64,000 nt of DNA, from contig NC_042997.1 of the NCBI RefSeq assembly GCF_006345805.1, positions 121,148,001 through 121,212,000 on the forward strand, in the 5' to 3' direction. A model generated the notes under the pieces. That model was not told where the DNA came from, did not search any database, and was given only the letters and a program-made list of their open reading frames with translations. Origin of the DNA: Octopus sinensis (Eukaryota). A program made the position numbers and the translations under genes. This document shows, in pieces, positions 54,709 to 64,000 of the stretch (its first letter is position 1; each line of letters begins with the position of its first letter).

Positions 54709-55387
54709 TAATAATAAAAATAATAATGCATCCCCTTTAAAATTATTGCTGCAAGCATGAAATAAATATATTATGATATAATGATCAATACACATGTTAA
54801 GCTAATCTCATCTAAGGTTTCCATAGCGATTTACACATATACAGTCTTTTCTAAAGTATTAATGATTTATCATTTGCATTCATACGAACGGTGCTCTGTG
54901 AAAGTATATTCAAACTTTGTGATGCCGAAGTTTCAAACCTCAAATAATAATCTATACCAATAAACCGATATGTCTATAGCTGAAAAACAGCATCGTTCCA
55001 GTTGTGAGGAAAATATTCTTCAAAGAAATTCTTATTAATTAGATTGATTTATTCCTAGTCCAACTGTGAGAGAATGCCTAGAGATTTTCTTCTCTAGAAT
55101 GGTCTTATATTCTTCATTCTTTTCAAACTGAGCACAAGCCTTTTATTCAAAAAGCATTATGCATCCTAACCTCATCACAGAATTCTGCCCGTCAATCTCT
55201 CTGTCTATATATTTCTCTCTCTTTCTCTTTCACTGTCTCTCTCTTCCTTTCTGTATATAAATGCATATATGTCTGTATACATATATACACACACACAAGC
55301 GCATATTTGTGTGATGTATGTACATCTATCTGTCTATCTATCTATCTAGGTAGCTATCTATCTATCTATCTATCTATCTATATATAT

Positions 55388-55467
<80 letters not shown>

Positions 55468-55509
55468 GCACAAACGCATATTTGTATGATGTATGTACAT
55501 CTATCTATC

Positions 55510-55541
<32 letters not shown>

Positions 55542-55598
55542 CATATGAGCACACACACATATATGTATATATTCACAGAAATGCACTCACACAGACGC

Positions 55599-55641
<43 letters not shown>

Positions 55642-56234
55642 CATACACCCGCACACACACACACACACATATGTACGCCAACTAATACTCTTCAGTTCGG
55701 AACTCAATCAATGCTGCTTCATTATTTTGAAAACTGAGAATTTTCGATAAATTTTTTGTAGAACAGCAACTAAAATGGGCAACATATAATTTTGGTGACG
55801 AAGTTTAGGTTGCTATGTGCTTTGGCAAAATATTTAATCGATGGGATTATGATTATAGTATTCAGGGCTATCCAAATGGATCGTTCCATAAACATTTATA
55901 CTGACAACAACTCAAAGCATATTTGCTTGTCAGTTTTATGATATACGAAGTTGCGCACATTCAGGAGCAAAACCATAAATAAAAACATTGCCAAGATGTA
56001 GATATACGGCTCAGTGTATCAATATGGTTGTTACTAGAGCAAATCGAATTTGTATATTGGTTTATATTTATATATTTATGAGTTATTTCTCCGTTTATCG
56101 TAGGCAGATACGTTATTGTTGATGGGCTTTTAATATTTCATGCATGGCGAGCATACAGATGAAGCAAAAAACGTCTCTCTCCAACAACGTGTCATAGTTT
56201 AGTATGCGATACACCATTACACATACTGCATTTA

Positions 56235-56277
<43 letters not shown>

Positions 56278-56434
56278 ATACAGACGTAGACAGAAACACA
56301 CACCATACCTATATATATATTTATATATATATATATTTTTATGTATATATGTATATATATATATATATATTTTTATGTATATATGTATATATATATATAT
56401 ATATACATACATACATACATACATACATGCATGC

Positions 56435-56476
<42 letters not shown>

Positions 56477-56490
56477 ATATATATATATAA

Positions 56491-56531
<41 letters not shown>

Positions 56532-56625
56532 GTGTGTATGCTCCTTAACAGACTATATGACTTTTTATAATTTGAGATTTCCGCACCTTAACAGAATAGG
56601 AATAGAACTCAACTAAATTGGTTAG

Positions 56626-56762
56626 TTGGTAGTAAGCCACAATATGGTATTAATGACCTGACATTACTAATGCGGAATAGAGATTGCTGACACCACGTCA
56701 GGCATCTCTATTCCATATTAGTTATGTCAGATGATTAATATCGTATTATGGGTTACTGCCAA
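56626..56762. repeat. Imperfect ~65-bp-arm hairpin, 5-nt loop
   Basis: ..GGAATAGAGATTGCTGAC accac GTCAGGCATCTCTATTCC.. Confidence 0.75.
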
Positions 56763-56872
56763 ATCATCAGTGCGTTTCAGTTCTTTTCATCTTCTGTTGA
56801 CGTTCGGAAATATCAAAAGAAGTCATATAGACTGTTAAGGAGCATGGTACATGTAGTAATATTAAAGCTTAC

Positions 56873-56982
56873 CAGAATTTTGAGCAATAGTAGTATACAC
56901 ATACAATATCAAACTACAGACACGCAAACACACAGGTTGTCATATCAACACAAAACTGCATATTTCCAAATGCAAACGTGAT
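56873..56982 (-). other. Candidate non-coding exon (110 nt)
   Basis: Acceptor TCTTCCTGCTTTCACAG| and donor CTG|GTAAGC; stops in all three frames. Confidence 0.2.
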
Positions 56983-57251
56983 CTGTGAAAGCAGGAAGAT
57001 ACCAAATCGTCCAATTCCTATATAATACCTACTGGCCACCTGGGAAAAATCGTTATCGGAACGCATGCCAGTACACCGGCAACAAATTAGAGCAACTAGT
57101 GACTGCCATTAAGCATTCATTTAGAAATATTTTGTAATATAATATTTTCAAGACTTCGAATGTAAAATGTTACGGTTAATTGAAATCAGAATAGTAAGAG
57201 AAATGAAAGTTTAAGGAGTTTGAACCTAATCTCCAAAAATAAAAATAAATA

Positions 57252-57308
<57 letters not shown>

Positions 57309-57314
57309 TAATAA

Positions 57315-57397
<83 letters not shown>

Positions 57398-57399
57398 TT

Positions 57400-57686
57400 T
57401 ATAGCTATAGGCTCAAGACCGGAAATTTTGGTTGAATTTGAAGCCAGAAGCATGTTACCCGTCGTGGCATCGATTCTACCAGTTCTCGTCTTATAAGGTA
57501 TATTGATTTCAAATTTTGGGACATTGCCACTAAAATCGAGGAAGGGGATAAAAGCGATTAAATCAGGCCCAGTGTTCAACTAGTACTTATTTTATCGACT
57601 CCGAAAGGATGAAAGGTAAAGTCGACCTTGGTGGAATTAGAACACAGAATATTCCGGTGTTCTAATAATTGTGCTAGCTCACCGCC
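57400..57686 (-). mobile_element. SINE family 1 variant with alternative 3' tail, followed by a second decayed head
   Basis: GGCGGTGAGCTAGC head, GGTCGACTTTACCTTTCATCCTTTCGGAGTCGATAAAATAAGTAC domain, tail ..CCCAAAATTTGAAATC. Confidence 0.75.
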
Positions 57687-57952
57687 TTAAACTATAACAA
57701 TATTGACATTATTACTAATTCGTATGTGAATTAAATTTAATTTAAATGTATTTAACATGCGACTACTGTTTGGTGTATCATGTGTTTCTTAACATCTGAC
57801 ATACATATATCTATGTATGGCTACCTATCAATCATTCTCTCTCTTCCTCTCTCTCTCTTTCTCTCTCTCTCCTTCTCTCTCTCTCTATGCATATATATAT
57901 AAATATATATATTATATATATAAATATATATATATATAATAAATATATATAT

Positions 57953-57984
<32 letters not shown>

Positions 57985-60839
57985 ATATATATATATATAT
58001 AATATATATATATATATATTATATATATACATATATATATGTAGTACTCACACACACATTCAGCGTTCTTTAACCCTCGGCATCGTGTAGGGAACTTTCT
58101 CAACACGCATTCTCGAAGCAAATTATTTTACAATCAAAATCACTATGTGTGCCGGACCGATAATGTTTCCATTATTTGATCTGCTTTTAATTTGGTATGT
58201 TCATAAATTTGTGCGTATGTGTGCGTGAATATGTGTGTGTAGCCAGTGATCTATAAGTATATATATGCACGAGGAAACCCACGTTTCTCGAGCGAACTTA
58301 ATTGTGTCATTAATTCCGGACATAGTTGCATACACACGCTCATAATATTTTACTATTTGAAATGCAGTGAAATACTGACTTGCCCATTTGTCATGTGCAA
58401 TGATCAGCCTTATTTTTCACCAATAGTGATATATAATATACATAATATAATGCTTCTGTGACAAGCGCTCATCCAGATAACTAAGAGTAGACGACACTCC
58501 AACATGTTATAGATCACTTTTGCAGCATTATATTGTCGTGTGTTATTAAAGCCTACAATTCATTCTCGTATGATTCAATTATGTTCGGAAATTTCTACCT
58601 GAAAATGAGAAAAGTGGTATTCAATCCCGAAGTATAGATTGATATGTCGACCAAAATTTGGAGAGATTAAATGATCTGGGAATTATTTCACGCATATATG
58701 ATATAAATAAATCAAACGAAAAAGACTTGACTGCTCATAAATTGAGGTATTCAACATTGGCAGAATTGAAATTGGTCAGGAGAATTGAAATTCCGAAGAT
58801 CTTTCTTTTCTGTATGTCATTAACCGCACAATAGTAAGAACATACGGGGTTTGCATAAGTAAAATGTTACCCAACGTAGGTATTGAATTACGAATAATGT
58901 GTATTGAATGAAACGGAATGAAGTGGATGTATGCTGCTTGATGTGCAACGCTGCTATATAATGAGAGCTGATTACAATTGAATTAAAGTGACAGAGCTAG
59001 TGTGAATCTCTTATTCAAATGCATGACAAGCTAGTTAAATTACATATAGGCAATTGAATCTCTGAAATAGATGGTTCACCCGCATTCCTGACCATAATAG
59101 TCAAATCAAAGAACACTGCTTACAACAAATATGACGATATATGGTTAAGACAATGAAATAATCGCTTTAATATATACAGGTAAACAAGCATATCTATTCA
59201 ACATAGTCCAATGAAGAAACATAAATGTTAAGAATGAAGTATTCTTGAATTATATTCATTTGTTATTTGGAACAATAGTCGATCATGTGTATTGTGCATT
59301 ATTCAAAATAAAAACGGAATTTTTCAATGGTGAACAGGAGAAATTGTGAGGTTGGTACAAAATATGCAATGCTTGAAATATTATAGAAGGAAAGTTATTT
59401 GAAGTTTCTTAGATGCAGAATAACGTTAACTGACAATAATTTGTTGAAGAAAATTTGCGAGCACAGAGGATCGATCAATTAACAAAGTTATAGAACAAAT
59501 GGATGATCATTGAACTTCATGGAACATTCGGTTGACGACTATAGCTATGGTGTTTATCGAAGGGAAGAAAAGATAAATGTGAAATTTCCACAGAATAGTT
59601 TATAGTTAGGGTAGAATCTTCCTACTAAGTTCTTTTATCAATATTCTAATGGAACATGCATCACATTTCCTTGGATGTATGTGTTGATACGTTAAGGAAA
59701 GTGTGGTGCTGCAATTTAAAGTGTTTGCCGTGTCTAGGACACCATTGTTTCATGAGTGGTACGTAGATATAAACGAGAACTCAAGAGGACATGTTCCATC
59801 TTACTTGAAAATGGCATTCACAAATAATATTCTTCACTCTTTATATGAACCACATACATACCTTGTGCGTTTGGTTGTGTATGGCGTGTGCATAAATATC
59901 ATGCTAACTATTTTGATTGTTCAACGTTAGGTTGAAAGTCGGATCAACGTTTATAGATTCGTGGTAAATATTCCTCTCTGGCTCAGATTGTTATAATGAT
60001 TTCATAATTTGTCGTCTATCGATAGTTTCTTCCCGTGAGTTAATGGTGAATTATCAATTATTTATTAGATGAAGTTCTGGAACATTCTTCCACGAAGAAA
60101 GAAAAGTAGTCAGTCAAGTCGAAATGGATAAATGTGAATTGTTTAGGCTTTTATTTATTTATTCACTTATATATTTATTTATTTATTTATTTTAATTTCA
60201 TTGAACTAATCAATTACCGAAAAAGGAATTCAATAAATCTATAATAGTTACGGCATTCATTCGTAAATTGCAATTTGTTGATTGTCCCGAGTCACGATTA
60301 TTCAATCAAAGATACTAACTACTTCTAAATCACATTTGTCCGATTACATTAGTCCAAAATTGGAAGAATTATTAAATTTATTCAACAACTTTAATAAAAG
60401 CAGCGTTTTTCCTTTCCCTTTTCTTTCTTCATTCATTCATTCCCCCGTTTTATTTCCTTAACGATAATGTGTTGCTCATTTGTTTTAATTACAATTATTG
60501 GAAAATAGAGTTATTTGTTTCAACAGACCAATCACTGTTTCATTTCTTATCTATGAAAGAGTTACAAAGAGTCACTGCTGCGTGATATCGCCATAAACAT
60601 TCGTGGAAAGCACTGTATATTTTTCGGTTTTCGTTTCGATTTCTATCATAAATTCGTATGTGTGTGTGTGCGTGTATGTGTGTGTGTGTGTGTGTATGTG
60701 TGTCTGTGTCTGTGTGTGTGCGTGCCTGTGTGTCTGTGTGTGTGTGCATACGCTTTTACAAGCACACACAAACGCACACATGAACGGATGCACAATAACA
60801 CACACACAAAATACATACACTATGTGTGCGACGCGGATA

Positions 60840-60878
<39 letters not shown>

Positions 60879-60880
<2 letters not shown>

Positions 60881-61055
60881 CGTAGGAGTGGCTGTGTGGT
60901 AAATAGCTTGCTTACCAACAAATCACAAGGTTTGGGGTTCAGTCCCACTACGTGGCACCTTGGGCAAGTGTCTTCTACTATAGTCTGGGGCCGACCAAAG
61001 CCTTGTGAGTGGATTTGGTAGACGGAAACTGAAAGAAGCCTGTCGTATATATTTT

Positions 61056-61147
<92 letters not shown>

Positions 61148-61316
61148 TGTACATGTTTTTGTTTGTCCCCGCCCCCAAACATCGCTTGACAAAAGATGCT
61201 TGTATGGTTACGTCCCTGTAACTTAATGGTTCGGCAAAAGTGATCGATAGAATAAGTACTAGGCTCACAAAGAATAAGTCCTGGAGTCGATTTGCTCGAC
61301 TAAAGGCGGTGCTCCA
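60879..61316 (+). mobile_element. tRNA-derived SINE family 2 (CORE-like), near full length, internal (TA)n(TG)n tract
   Basis: A-box TGGCTGTGTGG, B-box GGTTCAGTCCC, CORE-like GGCACCTTGGGCAAGTG, tail ..GACTAAAGGCGGTGCTCCA. Confidence 0.85.
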
Positions 61317-61525
61317 AGGGGAATCGTTAGCTGACATCATCCGTAGACGGGTTAATTTCTAAGAAATTAAACATTTTAGATCTCAACTGGATTATTTATT
61401 ATTGCTGCCGGGAGCTGTTATGCCAATGGTCGTAAATTTGATCGGTTGTAAGTCGGATAGGTCATAAGTTGACCTATACATATATAGAAAAATATATTAT
61501 ATATATATATATATGTGTGTGTGTG

Positions 61526-61868
61526 AAGGAGTATGGCTCAATGGTTAGAGCCTCAATCTTACGATCGTGTGGTTGTGAGTCGAATACCGGACCGGGCTGC
61601 GTGTTGTGTTCTTCAGCAAGACACTTTATTTCACGTTACTCAAGTTCACTCATCTGTAGAAATGTGTTGCGGCATCACTGGTGCCAGGTTCTATTGGCCT
61701 TTCCATTTCCCTTGGATAACAGCGGTGGCTTGGAGATGGTATAACACTGGTGTCGTAGTATGCATGGGCGACTGCTGGTTTTCCATTATTAACCTTGCAC
61801 GGACTTGTGCCTGGGAGGGAAACATTCTAGGTGGAATCCAATGGTCAGCCATGACCGAAGGGGGGCTC
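61526..61868 (+). mobile_element. tRNA-derived CORE-like SINE (head related to 29734 unit 1, different tail)
   Basis: A-box TGGCTCAATGG, GCAAGACACTTTATTTCACGTT domain, tail ..CATGACCGAAGGGGG. Confidence 0.7.
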
Positions 61869-61871
61869 AGC

Positions 61872-61904
<33 letters not shown>

Positions 61905-63515
61905 CAGAGAGACAGAGATAGAGACACAGAGAGAGAGACACAGAGAGAGAGACACAGAGAGACAGAGAGAGGGGAAAGATACACTTTATTAACGCTGCAA
62001 AAACATCACAAAAACTATTAATCAGAGCTTCACATTCCCGTTTGTCCGACAGTTTTGGTTTAGAATCTCACTCTAAAATATTGCTTTATATTATTACTCA
62101 ACATCCGGTATTTGAGTACAGTTTTCTTCACCTTGTTTCGCAATTATCTGCTCCCTTTGCTTTACCTTCCCCTCTCTCTCTCCCTCTTCCTCATCCTTCT
62201 CTCAGCCGCGTGTCTTCCTCTATCTATCTCTCTCTCTCTCTCACTCCTCCTCACTTTCGTCACTGCTAATCCTTTTGCACGTTGCTTTCAGGCCGTAAGG
62301 TCATGTTTCCATGCGCTCGCCAGTACCTCTTCCGTCCCAGCCAGAACAAAGGCCTTTCGTTTGTTTTTTTCGTTTGTTTTCTTGTTTATTTTGATTTCTC
62401 GTATTGTATTTTATTTCTCGTTTTGTATTTTCTTGTACATGTATTTTTATCTTGTATTTTATTGTGCTGTTCTATTGTTACGTCCCTTTTGTGTTACATT
62501 TTTTCTTGCTTTTTTTTACCCCTCTGCGAGGTTATTTTATTTTAATTCTCTCGCAAGAAGGCCTAGTATTGACGAGTCGTGTCCTGTCTTGCCTTCGAAA
62601 CACGCTAAGTCTACTAGTGACAGCTGATGAAGGGAATTTTTCCTTGTGTAGCATGTCCTGTACTTTGTTTTTCTGTTGTAAATAATGTTTTTCCCGTTTT
62701 CGTTCTCGTCCTGTTCCACGTCTCTATCTCTCTGTTGTAACAAAATGGCTTTTCCGTTTTCGTTTCTGTTGAGTTTTACGTCTTTTTGTGGTGTCCTGTA
62801 CGTATATATATTTATATATGCATGTATATATACATGTAGATGTCGGTACGTACATATATGTTTGTATGTATGCATATATTTTATTTATTACTCTGATATA
62901 TATATATGAATGGATATTCAACAGTTCAACACGTGCTGCATATGATTCAATCATTTATTTGCACGTAACGTGTTTGTTTCATCACTACTTTATATGTCAA
63001 ATTGTCCGCCATCTGTGAACTATAATTATGAGCACAAACAAATAGTCATAAAAACACTGAATAGTCCTAGTCCAAATAAAGCTCTGTACATATTTATTTA
63101 ATAAATTTGTGTAAGCTTCAATTCGGCAAGTTGTTCTGTCTGGTAACTGTCCCAGAAGACAAATTCTCTTCAGAGACATTATCAGGAAGAACATGAAGTG
63201 ACGATATGATGGTGTTTATAACAGGTGTTTCTGTCCCTTTATTTTCGCCAGCCACGAATCCCGAAGTAGTTGTTCACAGTTCATTATGTACAGATTTTCT
63301 AAAAAAAGGGATGTTATTCTGTGACATTTACGACAGTTTATTTATCCTGAGGAATTTGGTTCATTCACATTGCTTGACTTAGGGCTTCCGTTTGTTAGTT
63401 ATGTATTTATCTTTCAAAACCGCTTATTTAATACGTAACAGAGAAAATAAGACCGCCCTTGGTTGAATGCCTAGCCAAACTCTAATAGGTATTACCTTCG
63501 GTTTCTGGCACTCTG

Positions 63516-63595
<80 letters not shown>

Positions 63596-63596
63596 A

Positions 63597-63957
63597 AATT
63601 AAATAAGGGTAGAAATTGATATTAATCAATAAAAACCAGTGGTCTAGTATATTTTAAAAAATCCGAAGATCAAAAATTTTTTACATACAAAATTTAGAGG
63701 ATTGACCACTAAAAGTGAACAACCTGTATACTAGAGATAGACGTCAAAATTGCCATTTTCCACGGAGAATGTGTTCTTAAGAACAAATTCAGCAAAATCG
63801 TTTTTTTTTTCGTATATTTTCATTTGTCTTGCTTATTTTTACGCTTTGGTTTTTTGCTGAATTTTTTCTTGAGAACACATTCTCCGTGGAAAATGCTGAT
63901 TTTGACGTCTATTTCTAGTATATAGGCTGTCCACTTTTAGTGGTCAATGATCTAAAT
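63597..63957. repeat. Interspersed repeat with ~105-bp inverted arms (63690-63795 / 63850-63957); related one-armed copies at 5549-5700 and 7230-7290
   Basis: GACCACTAAA(A/G)GTG(G/A)AC..TAGACGTCAAAAT motif shared. Confidence 0.8.

Positions 63958-64000
<43 letters not shown>

Noticed and set aside
58400-60500. Possible decayed TE coding sequence (also about 2100-2600, 8250-8900, 20200-21100)
   Set aside because: No diagnostic motif could be read in any frame by eye.

Overview
AT-rich, microsatellite-dense animal DNA whose repeat content looks like an octopus (cephalopod) genome; the species call is inference. I recognise no host protein-coding gene, rRNA, true tRNA gene or CRISPR array, and nearly all ORF-track entries are microsatellite translations. 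Recognisable content: (1) a 5'-complete but internally deleted Tx1/L1-clade LINE (12841-17436, minus) nested in a tRNA-derived SINE, plus two ORF1-like relics; (2) a 5'-truncated CR1/L2-group LINE (41391-43980); (3) a cluster of R4/Dong-type RLE retrotransposon pieces and a discrete ~555-bp element in (AAT)n arrays (45.4-54.7 kb); (4) a mariner relic and an RTE relic; (5) many tRNA-derived SINEs; (6) short fold-back elements carrying minimal hammerhead-ribozyme motifs of the kind known from Penelope-like elements. Best candidate for an undescribed system: the Tx1 LINE and one SINE family share a ~42-nt 3' tail, and the LINE inserted at the same position in the SINE head where SINE-in-SINE dimer junctions fall, just after a TTAGC motif. 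This suggests a LINE/SINE pair using the SINE itself as a landing pad. All alignments were done by eye and need computational confirmation.
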